Positions 1 through 9,213 of a stretch of 64,000 nt of DNA are shown here, one piece after another. The stretch lies in the IMG/VR virus record IMGVR_UViG_2756170264_000002, positions 1,506-65,505 of that record. One strand, given 5' to 3'. Below the pieces are notes generated by a model. It did not search any database. It saw only the letters and a program-made list of their open reading frames with translations, and was not told the DNA's origin. Origin of the DNA: a virus. The number at the start of each line of letters is the position of its first letter. Within the stretch, counting starts at the first letter, position 1. Both the position numbers and the translations under genes were made by a program.

Positions 1-284
1 AACATAAACAAAGCAAGAAAAAACCCGAATGAACCACTTGTTTCGCCACTTTCAGAAAGTGCATTACCTACTCCAGCGGCGCAAGACTGAAAAGAGATTA
101 TAACAAATAGTATAATGGATATAATTCCAATTGTTGTCTTTGCACCCTTAAATTTTGTTTTTGAATCGTCAATAGTTACAGTTACTTTTGCCTGCTGTGT
201 AAAAATGGGATGACCGCAGTTAGGACAACTAGTCGCTTGGTCGGATATTTCCTTTCCACATTCTTTACATGTTGTTAATGCCAT
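1..284 (-). CDS. Zinc-ribbon membrane protein (3' end outside window)
   Basis: Read manually: MALTTCKECGKEISDQATSCPNCGHP... (2x CxxC) followed by hydrophobic segment; GAGGGA RBS upstream. Confidence 0.8.
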   Translation of the reverse strand, partial: MALTTCKECGKEISDQATSCPNCGHPIFTQQAKVTVTIDDSKTKFKGAKTTIGIISIILFVIISFQSCAAGVGNALSESGETSGSFGFFLALFM

Positions 285-366
285 ATGTATTCCCTCTTTC
301 TCATAAGTTTTATTTATGCGATTATGCACATAGTTATATAATAGGAAAAATGTACCAATATGTCAA

Positions 367-1068
367 TCACAATCCGCCATAAAGAAATCTTTTTTCTTCC
401 CTTAGAAGAGAAGATTCTAAGGGGTCTTGATGATAATGCATACGTGGCTCATATAAAGAGTGGTGGGATTGACAGGAATCTTTATTGAAATTAATCAACT
501 TTCTACCGCATAAAGTACATTCTTTCACAGTGTACACAAACTTTTTGTGTTCATCACTATAAAAGTGAGAATACATGGACTTATCAAATTCACTCATTTT
601 GTGATATGTAACATATCTGTGCCAACGTCTATAGTCCTGAAAGGCATAGTCCGCGGCTTCATATGTTAAATAAAACAATTTTGATACATCATTGAGATTT
701 TTACATCTTGCATAATGTATTGCCATGCGAGGAGCAAGAATATGGCTTGCAAAATAATCGGCTTCTTTTTCGTGTTGTTCGGTTCTAGGTGTACCGTGTC
801 CTAAAACATGATGTCCTAATTCATGCATTAGTGAAAAGCGAACTCTTCCATAAGGCATATTATCATTATAAAAAACTGTATTTTTAAGTGTAAATGCATC
901 ATTAGATACAACAAAGCAACCCTGTTTCTTTTTAGAAGATTGCGAATTATATGATTTTGTTTTAAAGCCATACATCTTTAATAATTTAAAACAATCAATA
1001 GGAAAAGAATGAACATCACATTCTTTGAATACTTCTAAAATTGATGATTTAATTTTTAAATAATCCAT
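367..1068 (-). CDS. ImmA/IrrE-family zinc metallopeptidase (anti-repressor protease)
   Basis: RVRFSLMHELGH (HExxH) and EKEADYFASHILAP motifs; directly downstream of repressor. Confidence 0.9.
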   Translation of the reverse strand: MDYLKIKSSILEVFKECDVHSFPIDCFKLLKMYGFKTKSYNSQSSKKKQGCFVVSNDAFTLKNTVFYNDNMPYGRVRFSLMHELGHHVLGHGTPRTEQHEKEADYFASHILAPRMAIHYARCKNLNDVSKLFYLTYEAADYAFQDYRRWHRYVTYHKMSEFDKSMYSHFYSDEHKKFVYTVKECTLCGRKLINFNKDSCQSHHSLYEPRMHYHQDPLESSLLREEKRFLYGGL

Positions 1069-1083
1069 ATTAGTACCTTTATA

Positions 1084-1668
1084 TTATTCTTCGTCATCAT
1101 CCACTGAAAATAATAATGACACCAAATCGTAAGCTTGTTCACGTGTTATCTTTTTACCATTTCTAGCAACCAGAGACTTGATATCTTCCTCGGTTGGTTC
1201 GTATTTTTTCTTAGATTCTTTCTTTTCTTCCAATGATACGATATTCTGCTCTGTGTATTGAGGTATATAGGTTAAATCAGACACGCGATTTACAGCTTCT
1301 GCTTTGCCCTCCATATTAAGTTTATCAAATTCTTTTAAAAGATTTAATTCAATTTCAGAGTTCATATAAGTGGATAATCTTTTTAAAACATTATTATTTT
1401 TTTTGTGCATTTCTATTATTACAGGCGTTTTTGGTACTTCATATCCCATTAACCATGCTTCACTCACATTTAGTGCTAAAGATAAAATAGACAGCTTATC
1501 TTGGCCTGGCTCAACTCGACCAGATACATACTGGCTTAAATCGGATTTGCTAAGCTTAGTATTAAATTTTTCGCAAATAGGTTGAGCTAAATTAAGAATA
1601 TCAATCTGTTTAAGATTTCTCTCTTCCATAATTTCTTTAAGTCTTTTTGCAGTATTTCCTACTTTCAT
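1084..1668 (-). CDS. CI-like XRE repressor
   Basis: N-terminal HTH (RLKEIMEERNLKQ...LSQYVSGRVEP...LALNVSEAWLMG); divergent from cro. Confidence 0.9.
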   Translation of the reverse strand: MKVGNTAKRLKEIMEERNLKQIDILNLAQPICEKFNTKLSKSDLSQYVSGRVEPGQDKLSILSLALNVSEAWLMGYEVPKTPVIIEMHKKNNNVLKRLSTYMNSEIELNLLKEFDKLNMEGKAEAVNRVSDLTYIPQYTEQNIVSLEEKKESKKKYEPTEEDIKSLVARNGKKITREQAYDLVSLLFSVDDDEE

Positions 1669-1745
1669 GTTACCCCTTCGCTTTCATTTTATTATTTACT
1701 ATATTAACACGTTTTGAATAAAAGTTCAATAGACAAAAACAAAAA

Positions 1746-1822
1746 GTTCAAAATAATTGAATTTTAGTATTGACAGTGAATTTTATTGATGATAATATGA
1801 AGATAGTTCAAACGCGTTGAAC
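1746..1822. promoter_or_regulatory. Lysis/lysogeny switch: operators GTTCAA-N5-TTGAA(C/T) at 1746-1762 and 1806-1822 around a rightward promoter
   Basis: GTTCAAAATAATTGAAT and GTTCAAACGCGTTGAAC; TTGACA at 1770-1775 with a TAATAT/GATAAT -10 candidate at about 1791-1798. Confidence 0.75.
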
Positions 1823-1846
1823 ATTAAAAAGATAGGAGGAATAATC

Positions 1847-2071
1847 TTGTCGTACAATTATAATAAGTTAAGAGGAAAAATTGTAGAGAAATATGGCACG
1901 CAAGGTAAATTCGCGGCAGAGCTAGGAGTGTCAGAGCGAACGTTGTCTTTAAAGTTAAATGGAGCAATTTACTTTAAACAAGACGAGATCACAAAGGCAT
2001 CTAATCTTCTAGGAATATCTGATAATGAGATAATGTTATATTTTTTTAATCAAGAAGTTCAATTAAATTGA
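1847..2071 (+). CDS. Cro-like HTH regulator (DUF739-like)
   Basis: TTG start after GGAGGA; YNKLRGKIVEKYGTQGKFAAELGVSERTLSLKLNG HTH. Confidence 0.85.
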   Translation: MSYNYNKLRGKIVEKYGTQGKFAAELGVSERTLSLKLNGAIYFKQDEITKASNLLGISDNEIMLYFFNQEVQLN

Positions 2072-2075
2072 ACTT
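2055..2075. promoter_or_regulatory. Third operator copy overlapping cro stop
   Basis: AAGTTCAA-TTAAA-TTGAACTT inverted repeat with the same half-sites as 1806-1822. Confidence 0.7.
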
Positions 2076-2089
2076 GAAAGGAGCAACAT

Positions 2090-2872
2090 ATGAATCAATT
2101 TGAATTAATTAACAAAAAAGGACTGACCCCTATTGAAATAACATTGCAGATTGATGAAAACGGAATGACTACGGCTAGGAAACTCTATGAATTTTTAGAA
2201 TTAGCAAAAGGACAATTTTCAAGATGGTGCAATAGTAACATTTTAACAAATAGTTTTGCAGATGAAAATAAGGATTACATAGGGTTCGACATCAATGTCG
2301 AGGGCAACGATACCAAAGATTACAAGCTTACTGCTGATTTTGCTAAAAAACTTGCAATGGCTTCCAAATCAGAAAAAGGTGAGCAAGCAAGAAACTATTT
2401 CATTAAGGTAGAAAATAAATTGAAGGACCTCACAAAACCTCATTGTATAGAAGATGTCCTAATTGAATCACTTCAAGAAATGAAAGCTATGAAAGAGCAA
2501 TTTGCAAAGCATGATAAAGAAATCACTTCGGTTAAAGACCGAGTTGAAAGTATTCGTGAAGTAGTTGCACTTGATACAACTTCTTGGAGAGAAGATACGA
2601 GTAATATTCTTAAAAAAATTGGACATAGTCTTGGCGGTGGTCAAATTTATAGCCAAGTGAGAGCAGAGAGTTATGAGTTGTTAGAAAAACGAATGGGTGT
2701 GAGCTTAGCAACAAGACTTACAAATAAACGTAGGAGAATGGCAGATGAAGGAATCTGTAAATCTAAGAGAGACAAGCTATCTTATGTTGATATCATTGCA
2801 GAAGATAAGAAGTTGATTGAGGGTTACATGGCTATTGTAAAAGAAATGGCTATTAGATATGGAGCAGCGTAG
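2090..2872 (+). CDS. AntA/AntB-family antirepressor
   Basis: TARKLYEFLE...DYKLTADFAKKLAM...GEQARNYFIKVE signature. Confidence 0.85.
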   Translation: MNQFELINKKGLTPIEITLQIDENGMTTARKLYEFLELAKGQFSRWCNSNILTNSFADENKDYIGFDINVEGNDTKDYKLTADFAKKLAMASKSEKGEQARNYFIKVENKLKDLTKPHCIEDVLIESLQEMKAMKEQFAKHDKEITSVKDRVESIREVVALDTTSWREDTSNILKKIGHSLGGGQIYSQVRAESYELLEKRMGVSLATRLTNKRRRMADEGICKSKRDKLSYVDIIAEDKKLIEGYMAIVKEMAIRYGAA

Positions 2873-2886
2873 AAAGGAGTTTATTT

Positions 2887-3069
2887 ATGCAATATCCAAA
2901 ACCAATTATGAGTATAACAGAACTTACCACCCTTGGATTTAACAGAGAAACATTAAAACAATATACCTACATAAAAGGTTTCCCTGGAACAAAGACACCC
3001 GGAGGTGGAAAGTGGATAGTTGATACAGAAGAATTTGAAAAGTGGAGAAAGCAGAGGATGATTAAGTGA
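2887..3069 (+). CDS. Small winged-helix DNA-binding protein (excisionase-like)
   Basis: 60 aa, KPIMSITEL...GGKWIVDTEEFEKW; position after antirepressor. Confidence 0.6.
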   Translation: MQYPKPIMSITELTTLGFNRETLKQYTYIKGFPGTKTPGGGKWIVDTEEFEKWRKQRMIK

Positions 3070-3190
3070 ATTATTAGAGCAGATAACAATAACCACTTTA
3101 GGAGTAGCAGAAATGATGGAAACATAACATTACAAAATACTTGAAAAGTTAAAGAGCATCACATTAATGAATCTGAGGGCTAATCATTAA
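3068..3190 (+). pseudogene. Possible remnant of a Rha-like regulator N-terminus
   Basis: Start-less frame ELLEQITITTLGVAEMMET*HYKILEKLKS resembles Rha/antirepressor N-termini; in-frame TAA at 3125. Confidence 0.3.
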
Positions 3191-3205
3191 TACAAGGGGG
3201 TATAA

Positions 3206-3355
3206 ATGATGATGATAATTGGAACCTACGAAGAAATAGCAATAATAACACAAAATTGCTACGGAAATTGTAAGGAATCAAATTGTATTTTTAAAGATTT
3301 AGAAAAGTGTCCACTTGAAAATGAACATTTTGAAATAAAGGAGAACGAGCAATGA
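3206..3355 (+). CDS. Small Cys-containing hypothetical protein (49 aa)
   Basis: AAGGGGG RBS; stop overlaps next start (ATGA). Confidence 0.6.
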   Translation: MMMIIGTYEEIAIITQNCYGNCKESNCIFKDLEKCPLENEHFEIKENEQ

Positions 3356-3630
3356 CAGACAATACATCAAAACAAATAGATGGATTTGTAACAAGACAGA
3401 AAGCGTTGATTTTAACTGAAACCAACTTATCTAAAAGATGCTTACTCGTGGCTATGTGGCATGGATTTGTCACAGGTCTGAAGCTTACAAATGCAATTTC
3501 TAATTATGATTACGAAAATTTAGAACAGGTAATAAAAAATTTTGCAGAAAGGATTAATAAGGATGAAGAGAAAATTAATGGCAGTGTTTGCGGCGGTTCT
3601 TTTGCTTCCAAAACTGCAAATAGATGCTAA
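3352..3630 (+). CDS. Hypothetical protein
   Basis: AAGGAG RBS, operon position. Confidence 0.55.
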   Translation: MTDNTSKQIDGFVTRQKALILTETNLSKRCLLVAMWHGFVTGLKLTNAISNYDYENLEQVIKNFAERINKDEEKINGSVCGGSFASKTANRC

Positions 3631-3958
3631 GCCAAAGATATTTTATGGTACGACAAATGAGTTTACAGTTTATGGCTATTGTGCATGTAAAAAGTGTTGT
3701 GACAAATCGGACAAGTTAACCTATACCGAAACAACAGCGTTACAGGATAGAACGATTGCAGTCGACCCAAGTGTGATTCCTTTAGGCTCAACAGTATTGA
3801 TTTACTATGAGGATTCTTTGATTGGTATTTACCAAGCGGAGGATATTGGCGGTGATATAAAGGGAAATACGATTGATATGTACTTTGAAAATCATTCAGA
3901 TGCTTTGGATTGGGGAATTAATGATTGTGATGTTGTGATTGTAGATGCAAAAGGGTAA
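3563..3958 (+). CDS. 3D-domain cell-wall protein with signal/anchor
   Basis: Hydrophobic N-terminus; YCACKKCC, RTIAVDPSVIPLGS, AEDIGGDIKGNTIDMY (three-Asp motif). Confidence 0.85.
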   Translation: MKRKLMAVFAAVLLLPKLQIDAKPKIFYGTTNEFTVYGYCACKKCCDKSDKLTYTETTALQDRTIAVDPSVIPLGSTVLIYYEDSLIGIYQAEDIGGDIKGNTIDMYFENHSDALDWGINDCDVVIVDAKG

Positions 3959-4229
3959 ACAACTAACACAGTCTGATTTGCAAAAAATATTAAATCGGGT
4001 CAAATTCAATCAAAAAGAAAAATTTCCGGTCGCATGTAAAATACATAACAGAGCAGAGTCTTACAAAGAAATTTGGATTGATTGCAGTAATAATGTAAAG
4101 CGGTCAATAACAATTTCCTCACATATTAGGGCGTGCAAAGAGTTCAACAACTATTTGAGCGAGCATGATGCGGTATGTGGTTTATATATAAGCGTAATAG
4201 GAGTACATAGGCTGCAGGTTAGATTCTGA
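3945..4229 (+). CDS. Hypothetical protein
   Basis: ORF in operon orientation. Confidence 0.55.
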   Translation: MQKGKQLTQSDLQKILNRVKFNQKEKFPVACKIHNRAESYKEIWIDCSNNVKRSITISSHIRACKEFNNYLSEHDAVCGLYISVIGVHRLQVRF

Positions 4230-4234
4230 AAGGA

Positions 4235-4414
4235 GTGATAAATATTAAACAGCCAAAGAAACTTACCAGGGAACAAAAAGAAATCGTTGCGAACAATAAT
4301 TTAATTACCAAAGAGTGGATGTTTGCAGATGACTTGGGTTCTTATCTGAAAATCATTCACAAAAACACAGGTAAAATCAAATTAATTGATAAATATAAGA
4401 AGAAAGTAAGGTGA
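4235..4414 (+). CDS. Small basic phage protein (KQPKKLTREQK, DUF6906-like)
   Basis: Read manually; AAAGGAG RBS; exact start (GTG/ATT) uncertain. Confidence 0.65.
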   Translation: MINIKQPKKLTREQKEIVANNNLITKEWMFADDLGSYLKIIHKNTGKIKLIDKYKKKVR

Positions 4415-4418
4415 TTAA

Positions 4419-4586
4419 TTGAACGTAATGGACAAAGCAGAGCGTATCGCAAATGCAATAAGCTACAAAGTGCCTTTGACCTTTGACAAGTGGAGAGAGG
4501 TAAGAGATATTGTAATTTTGGAACTTGGAGAAATCAAAAAAGAAGAATCCCAAGGAACAGCCATTCCAAAGGATTCAAGCAACTAA
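4419..4586 (+). CDS. Hypothetical protein (55 aa)
   Basis: TTG start after AAGGTGA; fills gap in operon. Confidence 0.45.
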   Translation: MNVMDKAERIANAISYKVPLTFDKWREVRDIVILELGEIKKEESQGTAIPKDSSN

Positions 4587-4633
4587 TAAACAATTTATAA
4601 AGTGATTATATCACCACAACGGAGGAAAAAGCA

Positions 4634-5227
4634 ATGGAAATTAACAATTACATAGAAATTCAAGGCACGGTAGTATCAAATTTTGAGTTCAGTCATGAGG
4701 TTTTTGGAGAGAAATTCTATACATTTATGCTCTCAACAAAGAGAAATAGTGATATCGAAGACGTATTACCTGCAATGGTATCTGAAAGATTACTTGACGT
4801 AAAAGTAGACCTTACTGACACAAAAATAGCTTTTATTGGGCAAGTTCGAACTTACAATCAGTATAAAGAGGGTAAATCAAGGCTTTTGGTATCTATATTT
4901 ATGCTTGATATTATCGATTTGAGAGAGAAAGACTTTAACAATGTTGAGGTTACCGGTTATATTTGTAAGCTACCTGTATACAGAAAGACACCATTAGGAC
5001 GAGAGATAGCAGATTTGTTACTTGCGGTTAACAGACCTTATAAAAAGACTGACTATATTCCATGTATTACGTGGGGCAGAAACGCAAGATACTCAGAGGG
5101 TTTAGTCGTTGGAGATTGTATAAAGATTATAGGCCGACTACAGAGCAGGGAATATGCAAAAAATGAAGAAGTAAAGGTAGCTTATGAATTATCTGTATCT
5201 AAGCTAACAGAAGCAAAACAGGATTAA
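4634..5227 (+). CDS. ssb: Single-stranded DNA-binding protein (clostridial tandem OB-fold)
   Basis: FSHEVFGEKFY, YRKTPLGREIADLLLAVNR, DYIPCITWGRNA, GRLQSREY. Confidence 0.92.
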   Translation: MEINNYIEIQGTVVSNFEFSHEVFGEKFYTFMLSTKRNSDIEDVLPAMVSERLLDVKVDLTDTKIAFIGQVRTYNQYKEGKSRLLVSIFMLDIIDLREKDFNNVEVTGYICKLPVYRKTPLGREIADLLLAVNRPYKKTDYIPCITWGRNARYSEGLVVGDCIKIIGRLQSREYAKNEEVKVAYELSVSKLTEAKQD

Positions 5228-5231
5228 GGAG

Positions 5232-5690
5232 GTGTTTGAAATGGACATTGGAGAAAAAACAAAACAAATTCTTTTAAAAATTGGCTTTAATCCTGCCACA
5301 AAAGGATTTAGATATATCTGTGATGCGATTGCTTTATTAGATGAAGCGGACGGCAATGGAAAGACAATAGGTTTATACAATGCAATAGCTAAAAAGAACA
5401 ATGATACTTATTCAAGGGTCGAAAGAGCAATCAAGCACGCTTTTGATAGTGTAATCGAAAAAGGCAGTAATTTGAATATGGTAAATAAGTATTTAACAAC
5501 TGTATATACAAGTAATTCAGCTTTGCTTCATACACTCTGGATTAATATTCAAGAAGAGATTAAAGAGGAACAATCCGGATTAAATCATAATACTGATCGA
5601 TGCGAAACAGAAACAATAACAATTAACAAACAAGTGCTTAAGTCTGTAATAAATATGTTAGAAAAGGAGCTAGAAAACTATGGTAATTAA
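5232..5690 (+). CDS. Spo0A C-terminal (DNA-binding) domain protein lacking a receiver domain
   Basis: IGFNPATKGFRYICDAI and LYNAIAKKNNDTYSRVERAIKHA match Spo0A_C motifs (IKGYxYLREAI; LYPxIAKKYNTTxSRVERAIRHA). Confidence 0.85.
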   Translation: MFEMDIGEKTKQILLKIGFNPATKGFRYICDAIALLDEADGNGKTIGLYNAIAKKNNDTYSRVERAIKHAFDSVIEKGSNLNMVNKYLTTVYTSNSALLHTLWINIQEEIKEEQSGLNHNTDRCETETITINKQVLKSVINMLEKELENYGN

Positions 5691-7623
5691 ATTAAAGAAA
5701 CTTACAATGCAGAATTTTAAGTGTTATGAGAACTTCACAATAAATTTTTCTGACACAGTAACAAAAATCAGTGGCAAGAATGAAGAGGGAAAAACTACCA
5801 TTGAAGATGCAGTAAATTGGGTTCTTTTCAACAAGCTTGCAGACGGTACCAAGGCGGATAAAATCAGACCGCATGATGAAAACGGCGTTGATATTGATTT
5901 TGTTGAAATTCTTATTGAACTGGATATGGAAGTGGATAAAAGACCTCTGAATATTATTAAAACTCAAAATCAAGATTGGGTTACGAGAAGAGGCGAAACA
6001 GAGAAGTACTTTAAGGGAAATACCAATGGCTACATTGTAAATGGTACTCCAAAGAGTGAAACAGAGTTCAAGAAGTTCTTTTCAGAAATTATTGACGAGG
6101 AACTTTTCAAATTCACTACCAACGCAAATGCTTTTTTGAAGTTGAAAACAGAAGATAGACGAAAGAAGTTATTTGAGTTGATTTCAGACAAAACAGATGC
6201 TGATGTTATTAATCCTAAGTTTGAAGAATTAAGAGAGTTGTTTGAATCAAAAAGTATTGATGATCTGATAAGTGAAAGTAATTTCGCCCTAAGGGGTAAT
6301 GGAAAAACCAACAAAGGTTACAAGGGCGAAATTGATGATATCCCAACCGAAATCAACGCTATTAGCAAGCTAAAAGTGAGTGTTGATGTATCTGACTTGG
6401 AATTACAGAAAAACGCCTTAAAAGAACAAATTGCAGAAATTGAAAAACAGGAAGAGGATAACGAAAAGGCTTTTGAAGAGTTTAGCAAGTTTTCTGATGA
6501 TATTATGCAATTGAAATTTAAGCAAAGTGATATTGAAAGAGCGGCATATGAAGAATTAAACAGTCAGAAGAGAGAAATTCAAAAGAAAATTGATGAAGCT
6601 GACCGAGGATTTAAAGATACTTTTTCAAGACACAGTAACATTGAAATGGATATCAAGAGATTACAGGATAATATTGAGCGTAAAGATGCAGAACGTAAAC
6701 AATTAGGTGTTGAATACAAGGAATTTCAAAGTAAAGTTTTTGATGAAAATACACTGATTTGCTCCATGTGTGGACAGGAATTTCCCGAAGAAAAATCGGC
6801 AGGGTATAGAGAGGATTTCGAGACTAAAAAGAGTAATGGACTTGCTTTGATGTATGAAAGAGGAATGAAATTAAAGGCTGAAATTGAAAAGCATAAAGAA
6901 GAACTTGCTACATATGAGAAACAGTTAGAATCACTTAAAGAAGAAAAAATAAAGTTCAATGCTGAAAAGGGAAAGGCAATGGAAGAACTCGCAAAACTTC
7001 CACAACAAGCTGACCTGTCAACAAATCAAGAATACGAAGCCTTGACTGCTGAAATTGCAAAAAAAGAAGAATCTTTGAAATCAATGAATAGCGGTGCTGA
7101 TTATCGCAAGCAGTTAAAAGTCAAAAAGGATGAATTGAAAGAGGAACTAGATTCCGTAAATACTCAAATATCCAAAGCCGATAATTCCAAAATCGAGGAA
7201 GAGATTGAAAGATACAAGGCTCGTCACAAAGAGGTTGTCCAGTTGGCTGCTAACGAAGAAAAGAAGTTGATGCTTTATGAAGATTTCAAAAAGGCAAAGA
7301 TTGATTTGCTAACTGATGAGGTAAACAAGCACTTCTCAATTATTAAATGGAGATTGTTTGAAAAGAATATCCAAGCAGAGGGATATAAAAATATTTGTGA
7401 ACCTACATATAAAGGTACTTTGTACGGAAATGGATTAAATGCAGGTCACAAAATCCTTATTGAAATGGATATTATCAATACACTGCAGAAGATTAATAAT
7501 GTGTCAGTACCAGTGTTCCTTGATAATGCAGAGAGATTAAGCACAGAGAATATTCCTAGCATGGATAGCCAGTTAATTGTTTTGAAAGTATCTGATGATA
7601 AATTGAAAGTGGAGGGCGAATAG
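5680..7623 (+). CDS. SMC/Rad50-like AAA ATPase of recombination module
   Basis: Walker A GKNEEGKTT, long coiled coil, central CxxC (CSMCGQ), C-terminal LNAG and FLDNAE. Confidence 0.88.
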   Translation: MVIKLKKLTMQNFKCYENFTINFSDTVTKISGKNEEGKTTIEDAVNWVLFNKLADGTKADKIRPHDENGVDIDFVEILIELDMEVDKRPLNIIKTQNQDWVTRRGETEKYFKGNTNGYIVNGTPKSETEFKKFFSEIIDEELFKFTTNANAFLKLKTEDRRKKLFELISDKTDADVINPKFEELRELFESKSIDDLISESNFALRGNGKTNKGYKGEIDDIPTEINAISKLKVSVDVSDLELQKNALKEQIAEIEKQEEDNEKAFEEFSKFSDDIMQLKFKQSDIERAAYEELNSQKREIQKKIDEADRGFKDTFSRHSNIEMDIKRLQDNIERKDAERKQLGVEYKEFQSKVFDENTLICSMCGQEFPEEKSAGYREDFETKKSNGLALMYERGMKLKAEIEKHKEELATYEKQLESLKEEKIKFNAEKGKAMEELAKLPQQADLSTNQEYEALTAEIAKKEESLKSMNSGADYRKQLKVKKDELKEELDSVNTQISKADNSKIEEEIERYKARHKEVVQLAANEEKKLMLYEDFKKAKIDLLTDEVNKHFSIIKWRLFEKNIQAEGYKNICEPTYKGTLYGNGLNAGHKILIEMDIINTLQKINNVSVPVFLDNAERLSTENIPSMDSQLIVLKVSDDKLKVEGE

Positions 7624-7624
7624 T

Positions 7625-7900
7625 ATGAATACTCATTCAACTGACAATAGAACATTGAGAACTCATGAATCAAAGCATCAATATGTTTTGCTTGCTGAAA
7701 GAAACGGCATTTACAAATATGTTGGAAAGACTTATTGGAGTTGTCATGATTTAAACTTAACTGTAAAAATTACTACTGCAAAAAAATGGAATTCTATTAA
7801 ATCAGTTGAGAACTTTGTTGAAAAGTATTGCAGTGGATACAAAACAAAAATTAAAGAGATTAAAGTTACCTATGATTTAGTGGAAAGTGAGGATCAGTAA
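7625..7900 (+). CDS. Hypothetical protein
   Basis: Tightly packed + strand ORF. Confidence 0.6.
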   Translation: MNTHSTDNRTLRTHESKHQYVLLAERNGIYKYVGKTYWSCHDLNLTVKITTAKKWNSIKSVENFVEKYCSGYKTKIKEIKVTYDLVESEDQ

Positions 7901-8104
7901 ATGTTAGATGCAAGAATCGGTGATATTGTTATCATGAATAATAAATACTATGTTCCCAAAGAAAAGCAGGGCAAGGAATTTGAGGTTGTCAGCGAGCCTT
8001 GGAATTTATGCGGAACTATGGTTGTGAAACTAGAAGGAGTTCGAGGTGGTTATGCCATGGACGGATTGGATTTGATTTGTAGAAGTGAAAGTGAGGGAAA
8101 ATAG
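7901..8104 (+). CDS. Hypothetical protein
   Basis: RBS GAGGA, abutting ORFs. Confidence 0.65.
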   Translation: MLDARIGDIVIMNNKYYVPKEKQGKEFEVVSEPWNLCGTMVVKLEGVRGGYAMDGLDLICRSESEGK

Positions 8105-8395
8105 ATGGCACAGACAACAGTTTATACTTGCGATATTTGCAAGCAATCAAAGAGTAATGATGATTTATTAAAAATCAAAGTAACAGCAGGTACTTATCGC
8201 GGAGTTAGAATTGCAGGATTTACAGGAGCTACGACATTGGAAGTTGATATCTGCAAAGAGTGCTTAAAGAAGAAAGGCTTTGTTGTGGAATCAAAGAAAG
8301 AAGAGGAAGAGCAAGACGCAAAGAAGAACCAGAAAACCCTTGAAGATAAGCTATACGATATTTTAGAAGATATGGGCGTGGCGTTCCAAGAGTAG
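8105..8395 (+). CDS. Hypothetical zinc-binding protein
   Basis: CDIC...CKEC pairs; RBS GAGGGA. Confidence 0.7.
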   Translation: MAQTTVYTCDICKQSKSNDDLLKIKVTAGTYRGVRIAGFTGATTLEVDICKECLKKKGFVVESKKEEEEQDAKKNQKTLEDKLYDILEDMGVAFQE

Positions 8396-8408
8396 GGGGA
8401 GGTTAATT

Positions 8409-8657
8409 ATGAAAATGTCAGACTATCACAAAGCGAAATCGGTAGTAGAAAAGCTAGATGAATTGAAGCAACTTAGAGATTCATTCAGTGAACCCTGCGA
8501 GGGATATTATACAATTTGTTTTACATTCGCTGGTCAAGATACAAAGATAACAAATGATTCAATAGGCGAAGCTGGTATTCGCAATTCTATTAATAATATG
8601 AAACAAATAATAGATGCAAAAATCAAAGAGTTAGAAAAAGAATTGGAGGAAATCTAA
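8409..8657 (+). CDS. Hypothetical protein
   Basis: GGAGG RBS. Confidence 0.7.
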   Translation: MKMSDYHKAKSVVEKLDELKQLRDSFSEPCEGYYTICFTFAGQDTKITNDSIGEAGIRNSINNMKQIIDAKIKELEKELEEI

Positions 8658-8885
8658 ATGCAAATTATCAAAGTAAAGTATTTAAAAGGAGAAGTGCCGA
8701 ACGGCAAGGACTACACGTTTTACTCTAATGAGTTGGTTAAGCCTGGTGACTTAGTACAAATCAATTCAAGTGCCAAAGGTGTAGTAACCGAAGTTGATGT
8801 GCCAGAGAGTGAGATTGAAGCTTTTAAAGATAGAGTAAAGACCATCACAGGTAAGGTTGTAGAAAAGGAGCAAACAGATGAGTGA
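8658..8885 (+). CDS. Hypothetical phage protein
   Basis: GGAGG RBS. Confidence 0.7.
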   Translation: MQIIKVKYLKGEVPNGKDYTFYSNELVKPGDLVQINSSAKGVVTEVDVPESEIEAFKDRVKTITGKVVEKEQTDE

Positions 8886-9213
8886 TTATGAAAAAGATTT
8901 ACTTTCCAAAATTGACAGTGGAGATAGATTGTCGGAACGAGAATTGAAAATGCTGGCTCTTGAATTTGATATTGAGCGTATTGAGGGAGGTAACCGCAGA
9001 TGGCAAAGAGAAGTTCGTTCAATATGTCAGTTAGGTGAAAGGACGTTTGCTGTTGACTGGCAGGAGGGATTAACAGAGTGCCAAGAAAATGAGTTTTGGG
9101 AACAACCAATTGAAGTTGTTAAAATTGAGCGCGAAAAGACAATTAATGTAATTGAATGGATTAAGAAAGTCGAGGTAGATGAAAATGGCAAATCAATTAA
9201 CAGTAACAAATAA
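8878..9213 (+). CDS. Hypothetical phage protein
   Basis: AAGGAG RBS, overlapping stop/start. Confidence 0.7.
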   Translation: MSDYEKDLLSKIDSGDRLSERELKMLALEFDIERIEGGNRRWQREVRSICQLGERTFAVDWQEGLTECQENEFWEQPIEVVKIEREKTINVIEWIKKVEVDENGKSINSNK

